This document shows positions 21,401-30,800 of a stretch of 64,000 bases of DNA, piece after piece. The DNA is taken from the NCBI GenBank assembly GCA_038231435.1, contig JBBRLJ010000019.1, positions 1 through 64,000 on the forward strand, written 5' to 3'. How positions within the stretch are numbered: the first letter of the stretch is position 1; every line of letters starts with the position of its first letter. Origin of the DNA: Planctomycetota bacterium (GTDB lineage: Bacteria; Planctomycetota; UBA11346). The position numbers and the translations under genes are program-made. Below the pieces are notes generated by a model. The model worked only from the letters and a program-made list of their open reading frames with translations. It made no database searches and was not told where the DNA came from.

Positions 21401-21639
21401 AGCCGTTCCTTCCGGATGCGAAGGGCACGCTGCTCCTCGGCCATGCCCTTCGCCACGATCTGGCAAACGAGACCGAAGCGGCGCTGGCCGATTACCGTGC
21501 CTACCTCGCGCTGCCCATGGACCAACGCGGCGTCGACGCGGTGAACGGGCTCGGCGATCCGCTGATGGAGCGTTTCTGCATCTGGCGCCTCGCGGTGCTG
21601 GCTCCGGCTCCGGCTCCGGCACCTCCTCCTGCCCCCTAG
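18421..21639 (+). CDS. Hanks-type Ser/Thr protein kinase with TM, beta-sandwich (DUF1080/LamG-like) and TPR-like regions
   Basis: LGVGTTGEVY, VAVK, HPNV, HQDVKPDN, LLDWG, GTPLYMSPEQ, SDVYCLG. TM IIWPAAIIAGMAIGFSLYL, then a beta-rich domain (YHIRVVIDG...GYLALY...FDNVRIY) and helical repeats. Start MSDPAAE at 18421. Confidence 0.9.
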   Translation: MSDPAAELKKKYRRTVAAKSFSAAGVREADEEANNAQPSTDQPQLNGSSATVRLRRVGSTTVGGQRFRIDEALGVGTTGEVYSVFDRNLERLVAVKVLRRTLVDNEDELKAFVNEARLTASLSHPNVLPVHEFDVTHDGQPYFSMSRIAGESLGSILEKSTLDFRHAVVGNFNALVGIMIGVGNALAYAHHQGVVHQDVKPDNIMVGEFGEVLLLDWGSAVRAGLDGTVTNRIYGTPLYMSPEQARRDHVDARSDVYCLGATFFHALTLRLPVWDDDPDRFWEMKRDGEIQPPTEEEQEKIPAQLLGIALKAMAPSPENRYSSAKEFIADLKDWQAGLAVSAYRDSIGVRLRRWHRRNAKIIWPAAIIAGMAIGFSLYLHAERLKELAEWGAPIVTETFSDDSWQSRWTPMDPGTFATQDGKLVTKGERASFLVYNKRLSGSVAMEFDGVMPLDTRPCDLSAVWCEGNVFETAGPKFNGRTYFLQTGARDNIVAMILEPKDARQLSLKRLHLVPGQSYHIRVVIDGLHMELQVDGQTLCSYDDVFPFTSGYLALYGYYPGKLFDNVRIYNRGVPQKISVLAIGDSLYQMGLFDAAMTHYQRVIDSHGGTELADAALFRIGLCQLVQGRWSQARASWEGVRDPALKLQVQIHDMDHLFDTRTFTELANSFSDAYEHHPELRSDLRSHWRSWVKDLNFDPPESLLPLLQLEDGHFPAEEDSVTSTFNILDRLGRWDEAAKRFGQDPQVGPWALLALDRYEEMNKNFADYPLSPCTAQIERGEYDLALPASRQYDWMRKELLLSTGRFEEYASEFGTDPKLLVMTGRAQEAFELPNPLPNFSVENGERAIALMQLGKREAALAYAEGHPKDSWSDDDRARVLVYLGRGAEAVPLARELQARHVATTGAALDAAIAGDLELAHRRAQDAARVPLSLSFPHGWFEHYVVLPALDSGKLTDVAPALAAVVKSGRYEHHQRPWYFARLVAGEASDEEYLKQPFLPDAKGTLLLGHALRHDLANETEAALADYRAYLALPMDQRGVDAVNGLGDPLMERFCIWRLAVLAPAPAPAPPPAP

Positions 21640-21688
21640 GCCGCACGTGCGCGGGGATATCTAAACCCCTGCGATACGGGGGGCTGGC

Positions 21689-21737
21689 TTGACACGCGGA
21701 CTCTGCTATACATCAGTACTGATGTAGCTGATATACT
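21689..21737 (+). promoter_or_regulatory. Promoter/operator of the GntR-LacI regulator
   Basis: TTGACA (21689-21694), then the perfect 18-bp palindrome TACATCAGTACTGATGTA (21709-21726) and an extra half-site TGATATACT (21729-21737). Confidence 0.7.
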
Positions 21738-21778
21738 CCGACCGGTCCCGATCGTCGTCACCTCCATCGGAAGCGAGC

Positions 21779-22885
21779 ATGGCCACCAAGACCCGAACCA
21801 AGATCAAGGAGTTGCTCATCCGGCGGCTCCAGACCATGGCCATCGACGGCAAGCTGCCGTCCGATCGTGAGTTCGCGAAGGAATTCAACGTCGCCTTCCT
21901 GACCATCAACCGGGTCATGCGCGAACTGCAGTGGGAAGGCTACGTGGTGCGCCGCCCGCGGCTCGGCACCTTCCTCGCGAGCAAGGAGCGGTCGGTCGCG
22001 AACGAGCACGACGACCAGGGAAACCTCGGCAGCGTCGCGGTCATCTATCCCAACTACTTCTCGTTCCACTTCTGGCAGCATGTGCGCTACGTCGAGGAGT
22101 TCGCGGTGAAGAACCGCCTGCGCCTGCTCGAATTCAAATTGAACCAGGACAGCACCTACGACCGCGCCTTGGCCTATGCCCGGCAGGCGGACAACCTGCG
22201 CGGCGCGCTCATGCTGCCGATTCCCGATTCGCTCAACGACGAGACCCTCGGCCGGCTCGATTCGCTGGGCTGCCCGCTGGTGCTGTTGTCGACTCACGGT
22301 CCCCTCGGGAACCGCAAGAACCTCTACTGCATGAACGTCGATTCGGAACAGCAGGGCAAGCTCGCCGCCGAGACCCTGCTGGCGAAGGGTCATCGCAAGC
22401 TGGCGTGGGTCCAGAACGAGCCGAGCCCCAATCCGCTCGTGCTCAAGGGCATGCTCGGCGCCTTGCGCGCGAATGGGCTGCGCGCCACCGATCTCACCTG
22501 CATCGGCCGCGGCATCAGGGCCTGGGAAAACAGCCGCGAGGCCGGCTACCGCCTCACCTGCCAGCTGCTGGACACTAGCGACGCCACTGGCGTGTACTTC
22601 GACTCCGCAGCCGGCCCAGCCGGCGCGATGCGCGCCCTGAGCGAACGCGGTCTGCGCTGCCCGGACGACATCAGCATGGTCTCGCCCTGCAGCCAGTCGG
22701 GCGACGAGGATTATTTCATTCCGCCGCTGACGTCCCTCGAGTGGGACTGGCGCGAGGAAGTGCGACTGGCCTTCGAGATCATCCTCGGGCGAACGGTTTC
22801 GACCGAGCGCGAGATGCTGTTTCCAGCGCGTCTGGTCGAGAAGTCCAGCATCGCTGCGCCACGCCAGATCACCACCACCGCCTGA
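21779..22885 (+). CDS. GntR-family regulator with LacI-type sugar-binding domain (AraR-like)
   Basis: wHTH KLPSDREFAKEFNVAFLTINRVMRELQWEGYVVRRPRLGTF; C-terminal LLAKGHRKLA, RGLRCPDDISMV, PPLTS. Confidence 0.9.
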   Translation: MATKTRTKIKELLIRRLQTMAIDGKLPSDREFAKEFNVAFLTINRVMRELQWEGYVVRRPRLGTFLASKERSVANEHDDQGNLGSVAVIYPNYFSFHFWQHVRYVEEFAVKNRLRLLEFKLNQDSTYDRALAYARQADNLRGALMLPIPDSLNDETLGRLDSLGCPLVLLSTHGPLGNRKNLYCMNVDSEQQGKLAAETLLAKGHRKLAWVQNEPSPNPLVLKGMLGALRANGLRATDLTCIGRGIRAWENSREAGYRLTCQLLDTSDATGVYFDSAAGPAGAMRALSERGLRCPDDISMVSPCSQSGDEDYFIPPLTSLEWDWREEVRLAFEIILGRTVSTEREMLFPARLVEKSSIAAPRQITTTA

Positions 22886-22994
22886 GATCGATGCCGGAGC
22901 CCAGCGCCGCGGCGTGGGTTTCGTCATCGTGCCACGACCGTAGCCCCGACACGAGCCCCTTCGTCCGATGACGCGCGCCCGCGCAGGAGTCCGC

Positions 22995-25604
22995 ATGACC
23001 CGGTTGACCTTCCATCTGATCGCCAACGCCCATCTGGATCCGGTCTGGCTGTGGGACTGGCGGGAAGGCATGAACGAAGGCATCGCCACCTGCAAGGCGA
23101 TGCTCGATCTGATGGATGAGTATCCAGAGTTCACCTTCGTGCGCGGCGAGGCGGCCATCTACCGCCATATCGAGGAGCATGATCCGAAGATGTTCCGCCG
23201 CATCGAAAAGCGTGTGGCGCAAGGCCGATGGGACGTGGTCGGCGGCACCTGGATCCAGGCCGACACCAACCTGCCATCGACCGAAACCTTCGTGCGCCAG
23301 TACCTGCACGGCCAGGACTACCTCGCCAAGCGCTTCGGCAAGCCGGTGCGGGTCGCATGGGCGGCGGATTCCTTCGGCCACGCCGCGGGGCTTCCCGACG
23401 TGATGGCCGGCGCGGGCATCACCGGCTTCGCCTTCACCCGCCCCGACGAGCGCGTCGTGCCGTTGCCCCTGCCGGCGTTCTGGTGGGAGGGCTGCGGAGG
23501 CTCGCGCGTGCTGTCCTACCGACCGATGTCCGGATGGTACGGCAGCGAGCGCCATGAGGTCGGGCCGAAGCTCGACCGCCTGCTCGAGGCGGCCTCCAAG
23601 CAGCCGCTGACCCAGGTCGGCTTCTTCTATGGCCTCGGCAACCATGGCGGCGGCGCGAGCCGGCGCCATCTCGACGAGATCCGCGATTGGCAGCGACGCC
23701 ACCCCGAGGTCGAGGTCGTGCATTCGGGCCTGCATCGCTTGCTCGCGGCGGTCGCCGACGACGCGCGCAAACAGCGCATCGAGTTGCCCGTGCACCGTGG
23801 CGAGCTGAATTTCTGCCTGCGCGGCTGTTACGCTTCCGTCGCCAAGTTCAAATGGCCGTTCCGACGCGCCGAAGCGCTGCTGCAGGCGAGCGAGACGCTC
23901 GACGCCCTCGCCTCGACCAGGATCGCGGCCAAACCCGCGGATCTCGACGCCGAATGGGAGGGCGTGCTGTTCGGCTCGTTCCACGACATCCTGCCTGGTT
24001 CGTCCATCGAACGCGCCTACGACGATCAGCTCGCCTGGCTCGGCGCGGTCACCCACCGCTGCCAGCGCCTCGACCTCGCGTCGATGAACGTCCTGGCCTC
24101 GCGCATCGACATCGATGTGCCGTCGGTCACCGGCGACCACCCCAGCGCGATCCCCTTCCTGGTGTGGAATCCGCAGCCGCGACCGTTCGTCGGACACATC
24201 GAGCTCGAGGGCAGTCTCGATTACCGCCCGATCTGGCCGTACTCCGACAAGGTCGACCAGCTCCCGGTCGAAGTGCGCAGCGCCGATGGTACGGTGGTGG
24301 CGCACCAGGTGGTCTCGACCGAGCACCGCTCGATGGTGAACCTCGCTTGGCGCAAGCGCGTGGTGGTGCCTGTGCGCCTGCCCGCGCTCGGCTGGCAGGT
24401 GATGACCATGGGCTGGGTGGAAGGCGCGAAGAATCCGACGCTTCCCGATCCGGTTTCCGCGCCCGACGCCACCACCATCGACAACGGTGTCTACCGCGTC
24501 AGCGCCGCAAAGGGCGCCAAGGGCGTGTCGATCTCGAAGGACGGCAAACCCGTGTTCGGAGAGCCCGGATTGGGCGCCGTCGTGGTCGACGACCCCTGGG
24601 GTTCATGGGGCGGCATGGGCGAGGAGCCGGCATCGGTAGAGCTCACCAGTGTGCGCGAGCAATGGACGGTAGCCGCCGTGGAACTGCGCGAGCGCGGCCC
24701 CGAGCGCGCGTGTCTGTGGGTGCGCCTCGCTGGAGCGTCCTCGCGCATCGACCTGTCCATCATGCTGTACCGCGGCCGCGCCGCGGTGGACATCGGCGTG
24801 CGCGTGTTCTGGGCCGAGCGCAGCGCGCGCCTGCGCCTGACCATGCCCGGAGCCGAGTCCGCGGAATACCAGGTACCTGGCGGCAGCGCGACGCGCGGCG
24901 CCGTGGGCGAGGTGCCGGGCCTGCGCTGGGCGAAGGTCAGCGGACCTGGCCGCAGCTTCGGCTTCGTCAGCGACGCGCTGTCGAGCTTCGGGGTTTGGAA
25001 CCAGGTGTTCAGCGCGACAGTGGTGCGCGCCTCGCGCTACGCCGACGACGTGTCCACCGCGCCCGACGCGGTGCCGTGGGTGCCCTCGGTGGACTGCGGA
25101 GAGCTCATGTGCCGGCTGCTCATCGCGCCGGCCGACGACGACCTGCCTCGTCTGGCCGATGAGCTCGCGCAGCCGCCGCGGGTGCAGCACGTGCCGGCGC
25201 GGACCGCGCGTTCGGCCGATCTCGAGACCTCGGGATCATTCGCCGAGCTGCGCCCGCGCGGACTGGCGCTGCTCGCGCTGAAACCGGCGCGCGAAGGCGA
25301 TGGCCTGGTGCTGCGCGTGCTCGAGACCTCGGGGAAGCCCGCGAAGGCGTCGCTGACGTTGTTCGGCGCGGCGCTCGCGCTCGGCACGGTGGCCGCGCGC
25401 GGCATCGCCTCGTGGCGGCTGCTCCGCCGCGGTTCGCGTTGGAGCTGCGTCGCCTGCGATTCTCTCGAACGCCCTCTCGGCGCCCGATCGGGGTCGGCGG
25501 CACGCTCGGCGAAAGCGGTTGGTGGCTCGGCGCCGAAGCCGAAGCGCCTCCGGAAGGCGGTGGCGAGGAAGACCCCGGCGCGGCGGAAGGGCGCTCGACG
25601 CTGA
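22995..25604 (+). CDS. Alpha-mannosidase, glycoside hydrolase family 38
   Basis: HLIANAHLDPVWLW, VGGTWIQAD, WAADSFGH, FWWEG, YGLGNHGGG, FHDILPGSSI. AGGAG RBS; no signal peptide. Confidence 0.92.
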   Translation: MTRLTFHLIANAHLDPVWLWDWREGMNEGIATCKAMLDLMDEYPEFTFVRGEAAIYRHIEEHDPKMFRRIEKRVAQGRWDVVGGTWIQADTNLPSTETFVRQYLHGQDYLAKRFGKPVRVAWAADSFGHAAGLPDVMAGAGITGFAFTRPDERVVPLPLPAFWWEGCGGSRVLSYRPMSGWYGSERHEVGPKLDRLLEAASKQPLTQVGFFYGLGNHGGGASRRHLDEIRDWQRRHPEVEVVHSGLHRLLAAVADDARKQRIELPVHRGELNFCLRGCYASVAKFKWPFRRAEALLQASETLDALASTRIAAKPADLDAEWEGVLFGSFHDILPGSSIERAYDDQLAWLGAVTHRCQRLDLASMNVLASRIDIDVPSVTGDHPSAIPFLVWNPQPRPFVGHIELEGSLDYRPIWPYSDKVDQLPVEVRSADGTVVAHQVVSTEHRSMVNLAWRKRVVVPVRLPALGWQVMTMGWVEGAKNPTLPDPVSAPDATTIDNGVYRVSAAKGAKGVSISKDGKPVFGEPGLGAVVVDDPWGSWGGMGEEPASVELTSVREQWTVAAVELRERGPERACLWVRLAGASSRIDLSIMLYRGRAAVDIGVRVFWAERSARLRLTMPGAESAEYQVPGGSATRGAVGEVPGLRWAKVSGPGRSFGFVSDALSSFGVWNQVFSATVVRASRYADDVSTAPDAVPWVPSVDCGELMCRLLIAPADDDLPRLADELAQPPRVQHVPARTARSADLETSGSFAELRPRGLALLALKPAREGDGLVLRVLETSGKPAKASLTLFGAALALGTVAARGIASWRLLRRGSRWSCVACDSLERPLGARSGSAARSAKAVGGSAPKPKRLRKAVARKTPARRKGARR

Positions 25605-25689
25605 CGCCCCGCATCCGCCGCCGCGCGGATGATAGCTCGACATGATCCCTGGATCCCCCGACCACGGCGGGCGAAGGGGTTCATGCCAA

Positions 25690-25730
25690 ATAAATCATAA
25701 GTCTAGTTATCTCAGGTAGTTGACTAGACT
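25690..25730. other. AT-rich inverted-repeat site, possibly Xer dif-like
   Basis: ATAAATCATAA-GTCTAG-TTATCTCAGGT (11-6-11 layout with ATAA/TTAT core), overlapping the inverted repeat AGTCTAGTTA-N11-TGACTAGACT. Confidence 0.3.
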
Positions 25731-25805
25731 ATCGAAGACATGCTCCCGGCCGGTGACGCAGACACCCGGTCGCCGCGAGGCGGTCAACGCACGTCACAGC
25801 AATGA

Positions 25806-25827
25806 TGTATATCAGTTATGATATACA
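25806..25827. promoter_or_regulatory. Putative operator, perfect copy of the shared palindrome
   Basis: TGTATATCA-GTTA-TGATATACA, ~30 bp upstream of the 25859 start. Confidence 0.72.
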
Positions 25828-25858
25828 GATGTCACACCGCATGCACGGGAGGAACGGC

Positions 25859-26533
25859 ATGAGCCACCAACGCGCAGATAGCGGCTGGTCAGATGCCTTT
25901 CAGGATCGGGCCGAGGGCACCGTGACCCTCACCCCACCGGGAGGCGCGGCACGGCGACGCGCCCCGCTCGAGGCGGCGCGCGTCGAGGCCACCACTCCCA
26001 CGCCGCTGACCGCCTCGATCGTCCTCCGCTCCGATCTTGTGCCGCTGTCCGCGAGCGAGGCACCGCGCGCCGCCGACCTGGCGATCATCGAGCGGCTTCC
26101 AGGCATGCCGACGCCAGCGCCTGCGACGTATGCCACTGCCGAGGCCGCGTCCGCGATCGCGCTCCTGGCGGCGAGCGTCGGAGCGGTCGCCATCATGTTC
26201 CCGATCCTGCCCGGCAGCATCGACGCGGCCTCGGGAGTCGCCATCGCCGCGTTTGCGGTCGCAACCGTGGTCGACCGCCGCGTCCTGAGCTCGGCCCGGC
26301 CGCTCGACGTCATCGCCGCCGCCATCGCCCTGTCGTTCATGGGCTTGACGCTGTCAATCGCGACCGGAGTGGCTGGCGCGCTCTTCCCGCTCAGCGCGCT
26401 CTACCTGGCCGCCGGCTCGCTGGTGGCCGGAATGTCGTGCGTCGGCGCCTGGAACGAGCGACGCCCCCTGCTGATGCGCGTCATCGGCGGTTCGATGTTC
26501 CTCCTCGGCCTCCACGTCATGCAGGGCTCCTGA
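25859..26533 (+). CDS. Hypothetical multi-pass membrane protein
   Basis: GGAGG RBS before MSHQRAD; soluble N-terminus followed by about 5 hydrophobic segments. Confidence 0.65.
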   Translation: MSHQRADSGWSDAFQDRAEGTVTLTPPGGAARRRAPLEAARVEATTPTPLTASIVLRSDLVPLSASEAPRAADLAIIERLPGMPTPAPATYATAEAASAIALLAASVGAVAIMFPILPGSIDAASGVAIAAFAVATVVDRRVLSSARPLDVIAAAIALSFMGLTLSIATGVAGALFPLSALYLAAGSLVAGMSCVGAWNERRPLLMRVIGGSMFLLGLHVMQGS

Positions 26534-26602
26534 GGCCCGCGCATCCCGCGCATCGACGATCATACCTGGCATTTTCCCACCCGCATTCCCGAAAGGCCTA
26601 CC

Positions 26603-27370
26603 ATGGCGATTTCCTTCTGGGGCTTGATGAGCGACGCGGTGATGTCCGCGAGCTGGCTCGAACTCGGCGTCCTGCTCATCCTGCTGGCGATGTCCGTCAT
26701 CAGTTGGGCGGTGATCATCATGAAGATCGCGCTGCTGCGCCGGGCGCGGGCGAACAATGAGCATTTCCGCGTAGCCTTCGAGACCTACGACCATACCGGC
26801 CAGGTCGCCGAGGAGGGCCGCAAGGACGAGGCCGGGCCGGCGCCCTTGTACGCCATATTCACCGCCGCCATCGCCTCGCGCCAGGATGCGCGCGAAGACG
26901 CCAAGTCGATGATGCCGGTGCCGAACGGCGAGTTCCCGCTGCGCAGCCCGCGCCAGCTCGCCGAACGCGTACGACTGGCCATGGACCACGCCCGTCGCGC
27001 CGAGTTCACCCGCCTGAGCAAGCATCTCAACGTGCTCGCATCCGCCGGCAGCGCTTCGCCGTTCATCGGCCTGTTCGGCACGGTGTGGGGCATCCTCGCC
27101 ACCTTTCAGACGCTCGGCGCGGCCAAGAGCGCGAGCCTGCAGGCGCTCGGCCCGCCCATCGCTGCGGCGCTGATAGCCACCGCCGCCGGTCTGGCGGTCG
27201 CGATCCCCGCAGTGATGGCGTACAACTGGTTCGTTGGGCGCATCGACGAGGAGCAGGAGGAAGCGCAGTGCTTCGAGGAGGACCTCGCCCGCCTGCTGCG
27301 CGCCAACGGCGCGATGAACGAGCCGGGGTCGTCTGCCCAGACCAGTCAACCCCTAGCCAAGTCGGCGTGA
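26603..27370 (+). CDS. MotA/TolQ/ExbB proton channel family protein
   Basis: LLAMSVISWAVI, SASPFIGLFGTVWGI, IAAALIATAAGLAVAIPAVMAYN. Confidence 0.93.
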   Translation: MAISFWGLMSDAVMSASWLELGVLLILLAMSVISWAVIIMKIALLRRARANNEHFRVAFETYDHTGQVAEEGRKDEAGPAPLYAIFTAAIASRQDAREDAKSMMPVPNGEFPLRSPRQLAERVRLAMDHARRAEFTRLSKHLNVLASAGSASPFIGLFGTVWGILATFQTLGAAKSASLQALGPPIAAALIATAAGLAVAIPAVMAYNWFVGRIDEEQEEAQCFEEDLARLLRANGAMNEPGSSAQTSQPLAKSA

Positions 27371-27377
27371 GGCTCCC

Positions 27378-27836
27378 ATGGCGATGAACACAGGCAGCAC
27401 GCGCGGTACCAAGCGCCGGGTCATGGCCGAGATCAACGTCACGCCCATGGTCGATGTGATGCTGGTGCTGCTGATCATCTTCATGATCACCGCGCCAGCG
27501 CTCAAGGAAGGCTTCCAGGTCGACCTGCCGCACGCGTCGTCGACGCAGACCATCCGGCTCGAGGACTCGGTACGCATCACCATCGCCGCCGATGGCAAGG
27601 TCATGCGCGACCAGAGCGGCGGGGCCGAGAAGAGCTACGATCACCTCGCCGAACTGGTCGCCGAACTGAAGGAGTACCGCGCCGAGCGCGAGCGCGCCAA
27701 CAGCGACGCCACGGTGGTGATCAACGGCGATGGCAAGGCCACCTACGAGCGCGTGGTGCAGGTGTGGGACGCGGTACGCACCGCGGGTGTCAGCCAGGTC
27801 TCCTTCCAGGTCGAGCCGGGCGCCGCGCCCAAATGA
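27378..27836 (+). CDS. ExbD/TolR family protein
   Basis: AEINVTPMVDVMLVLLIIFMITAP (conserved Asp), VDLP, INGDGKATYERVV. Confidence 0.93.
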   Translation: MAMNTGSTRGTKRRVMAEINVTPMVDVMLVLLIIFMITAPALKEGFQVDLPHASSTQTIRLEDSVRITIAADGKVMRDQSGGAEKSYDHLAELVAELKEYRAERERANSDATVVINGDGKATYERVVQVWDAVRTAGVSQVSFQVEPGAAPK

Positions 27837-27885
27837 CGCCCCGGGCCGGATGTCCGGCCATGTTCCACCCAGCCCGAGGATTCCG

Positions 27886-30800
27886 ATGGACAACGCCCCC
27901 GCTTCCGCCGCGACCGACTCTTCCTCCTCACGGACGGATGCGTCCTCTGCGACAGCTGCGACAGCTCCGACCGCCTCGTTTCAGCCGCGTCGCGGGATCC
28001 CGGTGAAGCCGGCGCAGCCATGGAGCTCTATGAGGAGCTCGGCGATCCTGCGACGGTTCGTCGCCTATTCGATCTTCGCGCATGTCGGCGCGGCGGCGAT
28101 CTGGGGATTGCCCTCGTGGCTGGCGCACCATGCCGAGCACGCCCGCGCGGCCGAACAGCAGCGACTCGCCGAGCATTTCCGCGCCGAGGAGGTGAAGTCC
28201 AAGGAGCACGCTCGAGAGAGCCGCATCGCCAAGACCAGGAACGAGGTGCGTGAGGAGATGCGCAAGGATCTCGGAAAGCTGGTGAGCGGCCTGCCCGAGA
28301 AGAGCCGCGACGAGCTCTTCACCCGCGTCGAGGACAAGACCGCCAAGCAGGCCAGCCAACTCGCCGAGGCGCTCGGCGATCCCGAGACCCCCGAGCAGAA
28401 CCTGCGCAACCTCGAGACCGAGCTGCGGCGCGACATGGTCGCCGAGCTCGACCACGAACTGACCGCCGGCGGCGCGCGCGAGCTCGCCGATCAGTTCCTC
28501 GACAACGTCGACTCCCAAGTCGCGCCCGATCTCGCGGCCTGGATGCGTTCCGAGATCGACGCCACCGTCGCGGCGAAGATGAAGGACGAGGCAGCGGCCT
28601 TGATCCAACAGCAACGCGAAGGCGCGGCAAAAGCCCGCGACGAGGCCACTGCGCAGTTGCGGGAGGCGATCACCAAGGGCTCGGCGGCGGCCGAGGCGAT
28701 CAAGGGCGGCGGCGACAAGGCCGCTCAAGCCGAGCAGGATCTCGCCGCGGCCGATGCGGCGATGCTGAAGGCCGAGTCCGCAGCTGCGGCCCTCGGTTCA
28801 TCTGCAGAGAAGGCCGTCGGCGCCGCCGAAGCGGCGCTGAGCCAGGCGCATGCCGCCGTCGCGCGGGCCGGGGCCGCGGCCCACTCGGCACAGAATACAT
28901 CCGGCGACGCCGCGGCCGCTGCGGCAGCCGCGGCCGATTCCAGCACGGCCTTCGTCAAGGAAGCGCAGAAGGCGCGCGACGCGGTGGCGGGGGACGCGGG
29001 CGCGGACCGCGCGGCGGCCGCCGCCGCAGCGCTGCGCAGCGCGGAAGCTGGCTTGCGCGCGGGAGTCGAGAAGGCCTTCGCCGACGACCTCGCAGCGACC
29101 ACGCTGCCGCGCCTGGAAAAGGAGCTGAAGACGGCATTCGCCAAGGAGCTCGCGGACGACGGCCTCGGCGACGACGCCTTCGCTGGCGAGATCGCGCATG
29201 AAGCGGCCAAGCGCCTCGAGAAGAGCGTGCCCGCGCTGGCCAAGGTCGGCGATGGCGTCCAGGCGCGTCTCGACGAAGCCGCTCACAAGCCGGCCGGAGA
29301 CGCCGGCGCTGCCGCGGCATCGGCCGCCACAGCGGATGGCGCACCCGGAGCGGCCGGAACCAAGGACGCCCAGAGCGCCGAAGGCGCCGCGGGAGCGCAG
29401 GGCGGCAGATCGGGCGGCGGCAAGGCGAGGTCCGCCTCGGCGGGAGGAGACAAGCCCCAGTCCAAACCAGCCTCTGGACAAAAAGCAGCACTCGATCAAG
29501 CGCTCGCCGCCGGCATCGGCGCGATCGGATCGCATGCCGCCTCCGGCGTCGGCGCGGTCGCTGGCAACGCGCGCGAGGATGCCCGCATGGTCGCGCGCGC
29601 CGGCGGCAAGGACGGGAAAGGCGCTGGCGCGGCGGCGGCGCTCGCGGACATGCACGATCGCGTGGCTGCCGTCGCGCGCAGCATGAAGAATGGGCGCATG
29701 GGTTCCGCTGGCGGCGGCACCGGCATCGGCGGCCTACGACAAGGCGCGGTCGCGCGCGGCGGCGGCCACCGCGATGAGCAGGCCTACAAGGATATCTCCG
29801 GGAAGATCGCTGGACGCGAGACCGTCCAAGGCGAGCACTGGGCCCAGCAGGGCGCGCAGGGCGAGACCGCGCACGCCGAAGCCATCTCTGGCCGCCCCGT
29901 GCCTGCGCGCGTGGTCGGCTCACCCGAGCCGTCGGCCGGCTCGTTGGCGCTGGTCAACGCGGAACCCTACAAACCGACGTTCAAGAGCATCGCCTTCATC
30001 TCGGTCCCCGCTGTCGAGGGGAATTTCAAGGTTGACGGCGATCTCGGCAAATGGCAGGGCATTCCCGCGGTCGCACTGACTCCCGAAGGTGCCGAGGACA
30101 AGTCACCGCAAAGCATGCGCGTGGCGTGGTCCAGCGCCGGCGTGTTCCTGCTCTTCACCATCGCCGACCCCGACCACCAGCTCGGCAAGTCCGAGGCGAG
30201 CAACTTCTGGGACGCCGATGTCGCCGAAATCTGGATCGATGCCTACAACACCAAGGAGAACCACCGCGCCCGCCACTCGGGCCAGCAGTTCTGGATCTGG
30301 CCGCAGGGATCAGCCAGCGATCCAGATCTCACCGGCGGCGAATCGGTGATGCTCAAGGACGGCAGCTACACGCCCACGGCGGTGCGCGCCGACAAGCTCG
30401 AACGCTGGGCCACCATGACCCCCGCCGGTTGGACGCTCGAGGCACGCATCCCCGCCGCGTCGATCGCTGACGCCGATCTCGCTCCGGGCAGGATCCTCGG
30501 CTTCAACGCCTACATCACCACCAAGACCCAGACCTGCTGGTACTGGTCCGCTGGCAAGAAGGTCAGCACCCAGTCGCAACCCGACACCTGGGGCGATCTC
30601 CTGCTCGCCGGTTCCGACGCCAAGCTCACCATTGGCGACGGCACCGATCCCAGCAAGACGACAGCCGTGGTCGGCGAGCCGGTGCGCATCACCGTCACTG
30701 ATGGCGACATGAACCTCGACCCCGCGGCGCGCGACAAGGTGATGGTCACGGTGAAGGACGGTCACGGCGGACAACAGATCGCGGTGCTCGAGGAGACCGC

